Below, one piece after another: positions 18,958-28,451 of a stretch of 64,000 bases of DNA. Every line of letters begins with the position of its first letter. The stretch's first letter is position 1. The notes under the pieces were generated by a model that was not told where the DNA came from, searched no databases, and saw nothing but the letters and a program-made list of their open reading frames with translations. This DNA is from a virus (lineage: Duplodnaviria; Caudoviricetes), in the IMG/VR virus record IMGVR_UViG_3300027983_002389. One strand, written 5' to 3'. Both the position numbers and the translations under genes were made by a program.

Positions 18958-18965
18958 ATTTTACT

Positions 18966-19643
18966 ATGAACTACAAAATCATCACCGATGAACAAAAGCT
19001 GGATGAATTCATCAGCTTTCTGCCAGACATTGAAGACACGGAGGTTTATTATCTCTGTTTGTTCGGTCGGCACAAATATGCTGCCGAGTTTCCCAACACC
19101 AAGGACAGTGGGCAATTGGCTCGTATTGCTTCTCGTAAGGGCGACCTCAAAGAGAAGATTCGTCGGCTAGAAACCCCTGTGGGTTCTTACTCACGAGACG
19201 GTGCAGTGGCTCCCCAAGAGGCATTGGCTGTTTATATTGGGTTGAATCCTCGGTCATTGGCGAAGGCGAATAAGAAGCTGCTCATTGAGTTGGCGACTCG
19301 TATTTCCGAAGGCGATCTGAATTTCAATCCGATTTCAGCCGCCACCACCGAGATTCATCGAGCAACTTCTCGTAAGTTCTTTGTGGACTTCGACTACGAT
19401 CACGTTGATCCTGTTGAGCAACTTCCCAAAATCAAGGAAATTCTGCCTGATGGTGCCTATAAGGTGCTGAAGACACGGGGCGGTTTTCATTTGATTGTCG
19501 AATTGGCCAAGATGAATACGCCAAAACGCAAGGATTGGCACAAACAATTGGCTTCTTTACCAAATTGTGATGTTCGTGGGACCAATAATCTGACGCCGGT
19601 TCCTGGTTGTACTCAGGGAGGTTTTACACCCTATTTTCTATAG
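18966..19643 (+). CDS. AEP (primase-polymerase)-like protein
   Basis: FVDFDYD, KTRGGFHL, PVPG motifs. Confidence 0.6.
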   Translation: MNYKIITDEQKLDEFISFLPDIEDTEVYYLCLFGRHKYAAEFPNTKDSGQLARIASRKGDLKEKIRRLETPVGSYSRDGAVAPQEALAVYIGLNPRSLAKANKKLLIELATRISEGDLNFNPISAATTEIHRATSRKFFVDFDYDHVDPVEQLPKIKEILPDGAYKVLKTRGGFHLIVELAKMNTPKRKDWHKQLASLPNCDVRGTNNLTPVPGCTQGGFTPYFL

Positions 19644-19675
19644 GGTCGAACCAAAAGGGAACTTCACTCTCTTGG
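19644..19675 (+). promoter_or_regulatory. class B promoter motif copy 6
   Basis: GGTCGAACC-N14-CTCTCTTGG, followed by TATATA 19678. Confidence 0.85.
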
Positions 19676-19688
19676 CATATATACCAGC

Positions 19689-20327
19689 ATGATGACATTC
19701 AAGGAATTTTTAATGGCCGACACTGTGAACCTTCGGGAAGTTTCCCTGTTTGACTCGACTTTTCTGTTCAATGAAATGGCTGTTCTGAATCAGAACTCCA
19801 TCACCAAGACTCAGACAGCGATGCAATTCATTCACAACAACAATATTCCCGGTGTCATCATTGGTGGTATTGCAGTGTCCAATTACACCCACGACAGGCC
19901 GCTCACCCCGGACGTGGATTTTTTGACTCCCAATATCGCCGGGTTGAAAACCCTGCTGCAACAGCAGAATATCGCTTTCCAGCCATTGGCTTCCAGTGGT
20001 GAGTTTGGTGGTATTTACGTTCCATCGCTTGATGCTGACTTTTTGGACGTGTCCGAGGGCAATGTCGGACTGAACCGATATATCATCCAGACTGCTACAA
20101 CTGCCAAGATCGGGGGCGTGTCCTTTCCAATTATTGACGCAGCGGTATTGACGATCATGAAGTTCATTATCGGTCGTGATAAAGATCAAACTGATGCCTT
20201 CAAATTGCTTCCGACCATCCCCAAGGCCACGCTCAAGCTCCACTTGAAAGCGTTGGGTCGATACCTGCCAGAAGACATGGATGCACAAACGATCTGGAGC
20301 TACGCCAAGGCAATGTCTCCGGGCTAA
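19689..20327 (+). CDS. nucleotidyltransferase (Pol-beta superfamily) with CTS-like N-terminus
   Basis: IIGGIAV...RPLTPDVDF, K...GRDKD..D; starts MMTFKEFL. Confidence 0.75.
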   Translation: MMTFKEFLMADTVNLREVSLFDSTFLFNEMAVLNQNSITKTQTAMQFIHNNNIPGVIIGGIAVSNYTHDRPLTPDVDFLTPNIAGLKTLLQQQNIAFQPLASSGEFGGIYVPSLDADFLDVSEGNVGLNRYIIQTATTAKIGGVSFPIIDAAVLTIMKFIIGRDKDQTDAFKLLPTIPKATLKLHLKALGRYLPEDMDAQTIWSYAKAMSPG

Positions 20328-20328
20328 T

Positions 20329-20357
20329 TTTACAGTTCTCTTATATTGTGGTAGAAT
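20329..20357 (+). promoter_or_regulatory. sigma70-type promoter (class A)
   Basis: TTTACA-N17-TAGAAT. Confidence 0.8.
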
Positions 20358-20474
20358 CCGGTATGTCGCACGTTTGTGGTGTGTTGTGACACCTTCAACA
20401 TCACAACCGGCAAAGTTGTCGGTGCTTAATTTGTGTTCACTGTTCACCGCCTGTCCTCGACGAAAGAAACTGAA

Positions 20475-20663
20475 ATGCGTGGCTACGGATTACCTCGGAG
20501 ACTTAATATTGAATGTCCTAGCGTTTGGGACATCAAGAACTTTGGTTTGAACACTTCTGCCGGTGGAGACCTGTTCAAAAATAAGAATTCAAAAGCAGCA
20601 AGCCGACGCATATGGAAGAGGCTTGCTCGACGTGCTGGCAAAGCTGCTTGCAACTGCGACTAG
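20475..20663 (+). CDS. small basic hypothetical protein
   Basis: MRGYGLPR...RRIWKR.AR. Confidence 0.65.
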   Translation: MRGYGLPRRLNIECPSVWDIKNFGLNTSAGGDLFKNKNSKAASRRIWKRLARRAGKAACNCD

Positions 20664-20743
20664 ACTTTGTGTTCACTGTTCACTGTTCACCACTTGTCCT
20701 CAACGTGTCAACCCAATCTTTCACTCTCTTTTGAAAAAGACAA

Positions 20744-21337
20744 ATGCAGTCTATTCACATTAGCGACTTCGTGCGCCGTCAAACCCCCCAAAGCGGGTTC
20801 TCTCACTGGACTCTCAGTGATGAAGAGTTGCTGGCTCGCATTCAGAAGAATTTGGATAAAGCCAAGCCCGGTTATCGTGAAGGCGTCATCCTCGTCCCGG
20901 TTGAGCCTGATGGCTTCTTCAGCAGCACCGTATTGCTCCGTGAAGGCGACGTATTCGTTGGCGAGTATGTCGCTCGCAAGGCTGGCGAAGAACCTCGCAA
21001 GTCCACCTACGTTGTTTCTAACAAGCTAGGTGAGCCGGTGGAGAAGATCGAGGCTGTGAGTGTCGATATTGTCTTGTATGCTCACAACGTATTGGCTGAG
21101 AACGACGAGAACGACACTGACGCCGAATATGAAATCATCAGCGTCAACGCCAATGCTTCTGAGGAAGAGGCTCCGATTCCAACTGGCGCTCTAATTGCCA
21201 ATCATCTGCAATTGAGTGGCGGGACTGCCACGCACCTAAACAATGATGAGTTTGTAGAGCTTTTAAGAAAGAGTGTTTCTTATTGGAAAGACAAATCATT
21301 AGTCTGTCCTGAACATTTGCGCAACTTGCGCAACTAA
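20744..21337 (+). CDS. DUF3228-like protein
   Basis: PGYREGV, Y.AR..GEEP, N.L..SGG, SVSYW. Confidence 0.6.
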   Translation: MQSIHISDFVRRQTPQSGFSHWTLSDEELLARIQKNLDKAKPGYREGVILVPVEPDGFFSSTVLLREGDVFVGEYVARKAGEEPRKSTYVVSNKLGEPVEKIEAVSVDIVLYAHNVLAENDENDTDAEYEIISVNANASEEEAPIPTGALIANHLQLSGGTATHLNNDEFVELLRKSVSYWKDKSLVCPEHLRNLRN

Positions 21338-21574
21338 CTGGGATGGCAACTTCTTGAGGAAAAGGGTTACGATGCAATCTGACGACAGAATCAAGCGAAT
21401 CAATGGTTTCATGAAAGAATCCGTTGATCGTTCATATCAAAAAATTGAAAATCTGGGAACCCCGATTCGTGATGAACGTGGACGCCTTCTTCCTCAGCCG
21501 CAGAGTGACCGAGAGAAAGTAATTTTTCTTTCGGGTCAAATCAGCATGGCTTTGTTTGTTCAAGGAGCAACGTC

Positions 21575-22114
21575 GTGAACTTCAAACTGCGAGCGGCGTG
21601 TAAAATAGCTTATGAATCATTGTCTAATCCCGACGTAGCCAAGCGGGATTACGATGCAGCACAAGCGGTCTTGTCTCAGCACGCAGCAGACATTTGGCGT
21701 TACATCTGTAAACAGTCAAAGCGAACACTTGGATGGGATTTGGCATCGGTTATTGGGCCAGAAGTGGTCAAGATACAAGGTGACTACAGCGAATTTGTCA
21801 CTGAGATTGGAGAATTCGAGACACGGGATAATCCTCACTACAAATATACTGAGGGATTTCCAACAGAGTTGTTGTTATCTGATGATTGGCAGTCCATTGT
21901 TGACAAGCATATTGTCGATGCTGTAGAAAATTACGCTGTGGAGAATCGAGAGAAGATAGAAGAAAAAAACAAAATCAAAAAGGCAAGCAAAGTCAGGCAG
22001 AAAGTAACCCGTCAGCGAACCGAAGAATTGCAAAGGTCGGTCTTGGAAAAGACCAAAGATGTTCTCACTGAAGAAGAGTACGAATTTCTTGTGAAAAACC
22101 TGTTTTCAAGGTAG
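21575..22114 (+). CDS. hypothetical protein
   Basis: AAGGAG + GTG, 179 aa. Confidence 0.75.
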   Translation: MNFKLRAACKIAYESLSNPDVAKRDYDAAQAVLSQHAADIWRYICKQSKRTLGWDLASVIGPEVVKIQGDYSEFVTEIGEFETRDNPHYKYTEGFPTELLLSDDWQSIVDKHIVDAVENYAVENREKIEEKNKIKKASKVRQKVTRQRTEELQRSVLEKTKDVLTEEEYEFLVKNLFSR

Positions 22115-22118
22115 AACA

Positions 22119-22466
22119 ATGATTAAGCCAATCACTCCACGAGAGGTCATCGGCAAAAAGACAGAATTGATCCCTGATGCAGTTCTGCTGGCATTCAATG
22201 AAACAATTGCTCGCACCTATCACAACGGAGTTGCGACCTTTACTCAGGACGAAATTATTCTTCTGATTATCCAAAAGTTTGAGCAAGAAGTCAATAAGGG
22301 ATTGGGTGCTGAAGACTGGATTAAACAGTCTCGACAACAGGTTTTTGATAATCATTGGTTGGACGTTGAAGGCATTTATCGCAAAGCAGGCTGGATTGTC
22401 GAATATGACAAACCGGCATACAACGAGTCATATCCAGCCACTTTTACTTTTCGGGGCAAGCTATGA
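22119..22466 (+). CDS. conserved phage hypothetical protein
   Basis: WLDVE.IYR.AGW.VEYDKPAYNESY. Confidence 0.8.
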   Translation: MIKPITPREVIGKKTELIPDAVLLAFNETIARTYHNGVATFTQDEIILLIIQKFEQEVNKGLGAEDWIKQSRQQVFDNHWLDVEGIYRKAGWIVEYDKPAYNESYPATFTFRGKL

Positions 22467-22981
22467 CTGATTTCAGAACCATCCCAACTCGCATTATTGT
22501 CAATGGCGAAGAGAAAACCATTGACGCTGCTCCAAGGTTCACCTGCATTGTGCATCAGCAGGGCATTAGGGTCAATCTTCCTGATTTCGTGGAGATCAAT
22601 AGTCGCAACACTATTGACTGCATGGAGAAGATGAGCCAACGAGCCTGGGTGCATATTAGCGAAGGGAAATTGTTCCAGATTCTTTTCCGGGAATTCTTCC
22701 CTGAAGAAGATGGCAACGTGCCGATCCCAGGAACTATTGAACAACTAAATGCAGGAGACTTGGGAGTTGTTCATGCTGCTGGGATGATTGTGCTGGCTTG
22801 TGAGGCGATATTTGAAGGCAAGACTAGAATCTTCTTTCGTAACCCGGAAAATAACCTTCATCCAAAGGCTGAACGTCGCATTCACGGCATGTTCATGAAA
22901 ATGAGAGACTTGTTGGCTCCTGATGAAGAAGGTGGAGTGGCAACCGCCGTCGCACCAGAGCCAGAGCCTACAGAGGAATAG
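22463..22981 (+). CDS. hypothetical protein (possible TAG readthrough to 23026)
   Basis: 172 aa; NPENNLHP motif. Confidence 0.7.
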   Translation: MTDFRTIPTRIIVNGEEKTIDAAPRFTCIVHQQGIRVNLPDFVEINSRNTIDCMEKMSQRAWVHISEGKLFQILFREFFPEEDGNVPIPGTIEQLNAGDLGVVHAAGMIVLACEAIFEGKTRIFFRNPENNLHPKAERRIHGMFMKMRDLLAPDEEGGVATAVAPEPEPTEE

Positions 22982-23030
22982 AAGCCTAAGCAGCCTCGCA
23001 AGCCTCGTAAAAAGAAGGATACATAGTGTT

Positions 23031-23909
23031 GTGGCAAATCAACAAGAAATCCGCAACGATCTTTCTAATCGGGTGCTAGAAGCACTCAAGGCAGGCTCAC
23101 CCCCTTGGCGGTCGAAGTACAACCGTGGTTTTCCTACGAACCCTCAAACGGGTCGCAAGTTCACAGGCATCAATCCGCTTGTGTTGGACGCCGTTGCTGA
23201 TCGACACCAGTACCGCAGTAAGTATTGGGCTACTTACCACCAATGGCATATACTAGGCATTCAAGTCCCTAAGCGACCAGCACATATTAGGGCTGGAGAT
23301 TTCGGCATTCATATTGTCAACTGGCAATCGTTCATCAAAACGGTTGATAGAGGCGACATTCTCCGAATGGACCGATTCCACTTGTTGCAAACACATTTGG
23401 TGTTTAATGCCGAACAGTGTTTTGGAAAGACCTGTGGAAAATATCTAATCCTAACTGAAAACAAACAAGAACCGGACTATACACAAGGCGAAGTCATTGT
23501 TGAGGCCACACGAGCAAACATCCGTGAACACGGCTCGGTTAAAATCCCTCGATATGATCGACCATCGGATCGCATTCTATTGCCGTCTCGAAAAAACTTC
23601 ATCAATGATGCCCAATATTGGGCCACTAAATTTCATGAAGTTTTTCATTGGGCAGAGGGTCGAATTGGATGGGTTGGCTCTGTCGATCAGGGCGAATTGA
23701 TCGCAGAAATTGCCACTGGCTATCTGGAGTCGGAACTCAATCTGCCACACGACATGGACACGGCCAACCATGACAAGTGGATGGCGACGTGGATCGAAAA
23801 CATTGAGAAGAATCCCAAATATCTCTTCGAGGCCGCAGCCCAAGCTGCTCGTGCCGTGGATTATGTCCTTGGCTTCACGAAAGTTCAGGAAAGAGAAGAT
23901 GCAGAATGA
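23031..23909 (+). CDS. ardC: ArdC-like antirestriction protein (ssDNA-binding + zincin-like domain)
   Basis: PPW...P.NPQTGRKFTGIN.L.L, WATY.QW, VFNAEQ, HE.FHW, ELIAEI. Confidence 0.85.
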   Translation: MANQQEIRNDLSNRVLEALKAGSPPWRSKYNRGFPTNPQTGRKFTGINPLVLDAVADRHQYRSKYWATYHQWHILGIQVPKRPAHIRAGDFGIHIVNWQSFIKTVDRGDILRMDRFHLLQTHLVFNAEQCFGKTCGKYLILTENKQEPDYTQGEVIVEATRANIREHGSVKIPRYDRPSDRILLPSRKNFINDAQYWATKFHEVFHWAEGRIGWVGSVDQGELIAEIATGYLESELNLPHDMDTANHDKWMATWIENIEKNPKYLFEAAAQAARAVDYVLGFTKVQEREDAE

Positions 23910-23914
23910 TTGGT

Positions 23915-23943
23915 TTTACAACAGAGTTTTTCTGTGGTAGAAT
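23915..23943 (+). promoter_or_regulatory. sigma70-type promoter (class A)
   Basis: TTTACA-N17-TAGAAT. Confidence 0.8.
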
Positions 23944-23979
23944 TCACAGCAAATAGCAACTTGCATCTTAGGAGTATCT

Positions 23980-24738
23980 ATGACCACCAGAAATTTTGCG
24001 CCGATTTCGATTGAAGACCTTATTGTCAAGATCAAGGGACAGTTTTCATTTCCGTGGATTGACACACACGCCTTGCTACAACATTTAGGGTCTGACATTA
24101 AGGTTACTTTTGACCTTGAAAATGTCAGTGATTCACCCAAGGACTTCGGACCTAAAACCCTAATGGGCTTTCACACTGAAGCCAATGGTCTGACCTATTG
24201 CGGCATGTGTGCCGGTGGCGATTGGGAACATCCTGTATTCTTTTGTGTTTATTGGGATGGCAAGAAACTCCGTGGCTATGTTCCCACGGAAGGCAATCCT
24301 TGGAACACCACAACCAATACAGCGTATGGGAATGATGAAAAAGCCGATCTCAAGAACGCTCGTAAGCGATGGCCGGATAAATTTGGTGCTGACACGGAAG
24401 AAGTTGGCTCTGGTAAATTTGTACCAGATGTTATTGCTCTGGTGAACCGATTCAGGTCCATAGCGATTGACTTCGATCCAGAACTGATTCGTAAAGACAT
24501 TATTGAGCGACTTCTTCCCCAAGGTCAAAAGCCTCCAGGCAAGGTTAAAACCAGGAAGCCAGATAAGCTCCCGACGACTGACAAGCTCCCGCCGACGACT
24601 GAGTGGACCCATGCAGCAGAAGAGTGCATGAACGCATTGCTTGATGCTCACGAAAAGATGGATAAAGATGGATTGGGACGGGCATTGCAGGGAATGAGGA
24701 TTCTTTTGGGCAGGACGCCTGGGACAAAAACGAACTAA
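23980..24738 (+). CDS. conserved phage hypothetical protein
   Basis: AGGDWEHPV...YWDGKKLRGYVP..GN. Confidence 0.8.
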   Translation: MTTRNFAPISIEDLIVKIKGQFSFPWIDTHALLQHLGSDIKVTFDLENVSDSPKDFGPKTLMGFHTEANGLTYCGMCAGGDWEHPVFFCVYWDGKKLRGYVPTEGNPWNTTTNTAYGNDEKADLKNARKRWPDKFGADTEEVGSGKFVPDVIALVNRFRSIAIDFDPELIRKDIIERLLPQGQKPPGKVKTRKPDKLPTTDKLPPTTEWTHAAEECMNALLDAHEKMDKDGLGRALQGMRILLGRTPGTKTN

Positions 24739-24814
24739 ACTCAAACCAAACAAGGTGTTTTGGGCAGGACGCCTGGGACAAAAACGAACTAAACTCAAAC
24801 CAAATAAGGTGTTT
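24704..24814 (+). repeat. 54-bp tandem duplication
   Basis: two copies, one mismatch, spanning stop codon and next RBS. Confidence 0.95.
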
Positions 24815-24816
24815 CG

Positions 24817-26103
24817 ATGAATGACATGCAGACCTGGGTTGATCTTGCCAAGAGCCAAAAGGCTTGGGCAGTAGATTGTACTAATCGTGGTGATATTTCG
24901 CCAATGGTTATTGTTGAACGTGACGGTGAAGTCCTGGCTATTGTAATCTCCCCGGAGATTGATAAGCGTTACGGGCTTCAAGCTGCTGCTATGTGTCAAG
25001 CTGGCTTTGATCCTGATGCTTTGACAATGGTGGTCGATGCTCACATTCATCAGGGCACGACGAAGGAAGGTCAAACGGTTGAAGAATCCGTTGATGAATA
25101 TCACAAGAAGTTCCCCAAGGGGATGCAACACGCTTGTGACAACGAAGGTGCTTGTGCTGTCGGTGAAATCTCTGATTGTCTGATTTGTCATCGAATCACT
25201 CGTGATGGCAAAATTACGTTGGTGACTTTACCCTATTCTTATCACGGCAAGGACGGCGGCGTGCCGTTCCAGTGGCTTGATACGGATGAACGATATAAGG
25301 ACATGGGAAATATGTCCGACAATGATGAAGGTGTTCGTCTGGAAGGTTTCATTCCTGACAGCCTTCGGGAGATCATGAAGGTTCCTTCTATTCTTGAGCA
25401 TATTCCTCAATTGAAGGAAATGTCCGAGGCTAATGATTTCAATCCTGAACGTGTTCGCTATCACACGGCACGGGCGATCATGGCGATGATGACCGCCAAT
25501 AAATTCATTGTGGCTGATTTTGTTTCAGGCAAACACCCGGAATGGACTGGTGCAAAGCAGACCGGCAATGAAATGATCTCGAAGATGATTGAAAGTGGTT
25601 TCTTTCCAAAAGAAGCATACGAGCCAATTAAAGAGATTATTGACAACTATATCGGCACACGAGCATTTGCCGAAAAGTTGACCGCATTGCTCACTGCCAA
25701 TTCGTATTGGTTGCCCGCCGAGATTCGTGAGGGTATTCCTAAGTTCGCCTCAGAACTCGAAAGTATTTGTATGTCTCCGGTTGTTCCGAAGGAATTCAGG
25801 GACGATGACGATGATGACGATGACGATGATGATGAAGCCGATGAAGAGATCGAGCCGAAGCGGGTTCGAGTGTGGAATGGCGATCAGAGCGAGTCTTTAG
25901 GTGAAGGTAACTATGTTGGCAACGTGGCAATCTATGCCATCGAAATGCCAGATGGTTCACTTCGATCTAATACGAACGCTGAGATTGAGCCTGAAGACGT
26001 GCCTGAAGGTGGAATCGTTCGTAAGATGGGCAACAATCCCAAGATCGTGCTGGACAACGGACAAACGGTTTATGGGTGCCAAGTTTGGTGGGAGCCGGTA
26101 TGA
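24817..26103 (+). CDS. acidic hypothetical protein with poly-Asp linker
   Basis: 428 aa, D11 tract. Confidence 0.8.
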   Translation: MNDMQTWVDLAKSQKAWAVDCTNRGDISPMVIVERDGEVLAIVISPEIDKRYGLQAAAMCQAGFDPDALTMVVDAHIHQGTTKEGQTVEESVDEYHKKFPKGMQHACDNEGACAVGEISDCLICHRITRDGKITLVTLPYSYHGKDGGVPFQWLDTDERYKDMGNMSDNDEGVRLEGFIPDSLREIMKVPSILEHIPQLKEMSEANDFNPERVRYHTARAIMAMMTANKFIVADFVSGKHPEWTGAKQTGNEMISKMIESGFFPKEAYEPIKEIIDNYIGTRAFAEKLTALLTANSYWLPAEIREGIPKFASELESICMSPVVPKEFRDDDDDDDDDDDEADEEIEPKRVRVWNGDQSESLGEGNYVGNVAIYAIEMPDGSLRSNTNAEIEPEDVPEGGIVRKMGNNPKIVLDNGQTVYGCQVWWEPV

Positions 26104-26224
26104 ATCTGATTCTGCTAATCATTGCCTCAATCTGCATTGGCAATGGGGTCAATGCACTTACGGGTTGGGGCATTTTTATTCTTGGTGTCATCTTCCTGGG
26201 TGGCATCAAGATTGAATTCAGAGA

Positions 26225-26536
26225 TTGAATATGGAAATAGAAATCAAAGTCAGAAAAAACTGGGATGAAACCGAGCTTGCCAAACGTATTGCTCGAATTG
26301 TTTCATACAGCGATGCTTTTTGTCAGAAGAAGGAAAGTGGCTACAAGTGGTCGCTGAATTACCAAGGCAATGATTGGTGGATGAGTGGCATTGAAGAGGT
26401 CGAAGGTCGCCTTGGCTTCGACAGCCATAGACACGCCATCGTTAAAGTTTCATACCGTTATGGTCACGGTCATGAAAAGATGATGGAAGCACTCAAGGTC
26501 TTTTTGCAATGGGAGGTTGGGGTTCATGAAGATTGA
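26225..26536 (+). CDS. hypothetical protein
   Basis: 103-aa ORF. Confidence 0.65.
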   Translation: MNMEIEIKVRKNWDETELAKRIARIVSYSDAFCQKKESGYKWSLNYQGNDWWMSGIEEVEGRLGFDSHRHAIVKVSYRYGHGHEKMMEALKVFLQWEVGVHED

Positions 26537-26780
26537 ATACATCGTGATGGAAGGTGATCCTCGCAATGGCAAACAACGAGCATTTGATTTTTTGCCTATC
26601 GACAATGCCTTCACCACTGAGGAAGCAGCAGAAGCGGCTATCACTCACTATTTCGCCGACTTTGTCACGGGTCTAGGTCCGGTTTTGTTTGTCTTGAAGG
26701 TGTTTAACGGAAAAAACAACTAAAGTTCGGTAACTTTCAGCCGATATAACTTTCAACCACTCACTAACAAGAACACTTTC

Positions 26781-27974
26781 ATGGCTAACGATCACGATCA
26801 ACAAAAACAACTGCTTATTCCCGAAACCATCAAGGTTGGGTATCAAAAACGAGACGACACATACACTGGCAAATTGGCCTATGTGATCTACACCGATCAT
26901 AAGGGCGTTTTGAGAAAAGCAACGTCCTGGGAAAGCTGGCGTGACAAGAAGATCACAGCCAGTGATTACAACAATGAACCAACTGATGGTTTTGTTCTCA
27001 ATCGTGGCGTTGGTGGCGCTCGTCGGTCATACGGCTGGAATGCTCGCAATGAGTATATTCGTGTCTACGATCCTCGTGGATTCGAGTTTGAGATTTCCAT
27101 CGCCAACCTTCTATTCATTCTCCGGGAAGGTGCCTGTAGTCCCGGCAAGGGTCTTGAAGGACAGTTTGTCTACGCTTGGGATGGCACGGAGCTAGTATTG
27201 CTCCCGGTTGCTTCGCAGGATTACCAAAACTGCAAGCAATTCACTGATCTGCAAAGTCAAGGCGTACATGCAAAAGACCTTGTTGATGGAGCCAGCTACA
27301 CCACCAAGAAGCAGGATGTTCTCACTTACCTTGGTAAGTTCGATTATTATTTCGTACTGGAAATGCAGCATCGTTCTGAATGGAATATTGGCAATCTCTC
27401 ATACACTCTTCAGCCAAGGACCAAAGCTGATACCAAGGGTCAGATTAAGCTGTATGTCTTTTGGAATGGTAAGGACTTTGTTTACTTAAAGGAACTCAAG
27501 TCACTGGCCGTTCGCAATGGCGATGCCATTGCCGATGACTATGCTAAGTTGGTTGACAAGTACAATAAGTCGGCCCACGGGTCCAAGGTCGTCAAATTGT
27601 TCCTGAAGGATGTTGCCGAGTCTAAAAAGGACAAAGAGGGATATTATTATCAAGATGATCCTTGGTACATTGAGTCAGAAGACGGTTCTTTCATTGAGTG
27701 TCGCACCAACTATGAAAGAAAGTGGAACGCCGCTACTGGCAAATACAATGACCACAAGATTTCTGGAGTATCGGCAGTTCATCGTTACTTCATCAATGAC
27801 GATGGGGTGTTCACTCAAGAGCCTTGCTCTATTGATTTACGCCCTGATGCAGTCAAAAAATCTACAACCCCTACACTCGCTCGTCTCTTTGTCGAGACGG
27901 AAAATGGTGGCAAGGTCCGTGTGGACAAGCTCGCTAACAGATACTACAAAAACGCTTTAACAAAGGACATTTAA
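26781..27974 (+). CDS. conserved jumbo-phage hypothetical protein
   Basis: DTYTGKLAYVIY...SW..WRD, RVYDPRGFEFEI. Confidence 0.85.
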   Translation: MANDHDQQKQLLIPETIKVGYQKRDDTYTGKLAYVIYTDHKGVLRKATSWESWRDKKITASDYNNEPTDGFVLNRGVGGARRSYGWNARNEYIRVYDPRGFEFEISIANLLFILREGACSPGKGLEGQFVYAWDGTELVLLPVASQDYQNCKQFTDLQSQGVHAKDLVDGASYTTKKQDVLTYLGKFDYYFVLEMQHRSEWNIGNLSYTLQPRTKADTKGQIKLYVFWNGKDFVYLKELKSLAVRNGDAIADDYAKLVDKYNKSAHGSKVVKLFLKDVAESKKDKEGYYYQDDPWYIESEDGSFIECRTNYERKWNAATGKYNDHKISGVSAVHRYFINDDGVFTQEPCSIDLRPDAVKKSTTPTLARLFVETENGGKVRVDKLANRYYKNALTKDI

Positions 27975-27978
27975 TCAA

Positions 27979-28422
27979 ATGGCAGCTACAGACAAAAAGA
28001 CTCTTGAATTGATTGGGCAGGTCAAGGCAAAGAAGGCAGCAATCGCCAAGGCTGAAAAACCCAGCTACAAAACCAATATGTCATTCTCGTATATCGAGGG
28101 AAACAAAAGTTCTGCCAGCAACTTGAATGTCGAATCGGACTTGAAAAGACTGATCTGCATTGCAGCTTTTCTCACCGAACGCAGTGCATCCTACACGTTG
28201 GTTGCCACCAAGGTTTTGGGGGTGGATAAGCCGCCTGAATTCACCTGGGACGGCTACACGGTTGATGATTGGATCGGCGACTTGAAGATGAGGATTACGA
28301 AAATCCAAATCGTCGCCGAAAAGAAGAAGCTGGAATCGTTGGAAGAACGGCTCAACAAGATTATCAGCCCTGAAAAGCGTGCTGAACTCGAACTTGAGGC
28401 TATTGCCAACGAGTTGGGATAA
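27979..28422 (+). CDS. coiled-coil hypothetical protein
   Basis: 147 aa. Confidence 0.8.
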   Translation: MAATDKKTLELIGQVKAKKAAIAKAEKPSYKTNMSFSYIEGNKSSASNLNVESDLKRLICIAAFLTERSASYTLVATKVLGVDKPPEFTWDGYTVDDWIGDLKMRITKIQIVAEKKKLESLEERLNKIISPEKRAELELEAIANELG

Positions 28423-28451
28423 TTTTCCTAATTATCACGCTAAATAATGGT

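Noticed and set aside
14785-19675. Class B motif cluster as a CRISPR array or integron attC cassette array
   Set aside because: Copies are separated by whole genes, have a variable 14-nt core and lack palindromic structure. No cas or integrase gene was seen, and the geometry fits promoters.
24160-25191. Long minus-strand ORFs (e.g. 343 aa here, 16773-17501, 19710-20447)
   Set aside because: They are antisense shadows of well-supported + strand genes and have no motifs.
25801-25833. GAY trinucleotide repeat as a contingency locus
   Set aside because: Mixed GAT/GAC codons encode an in-frame poly-Asp linker.
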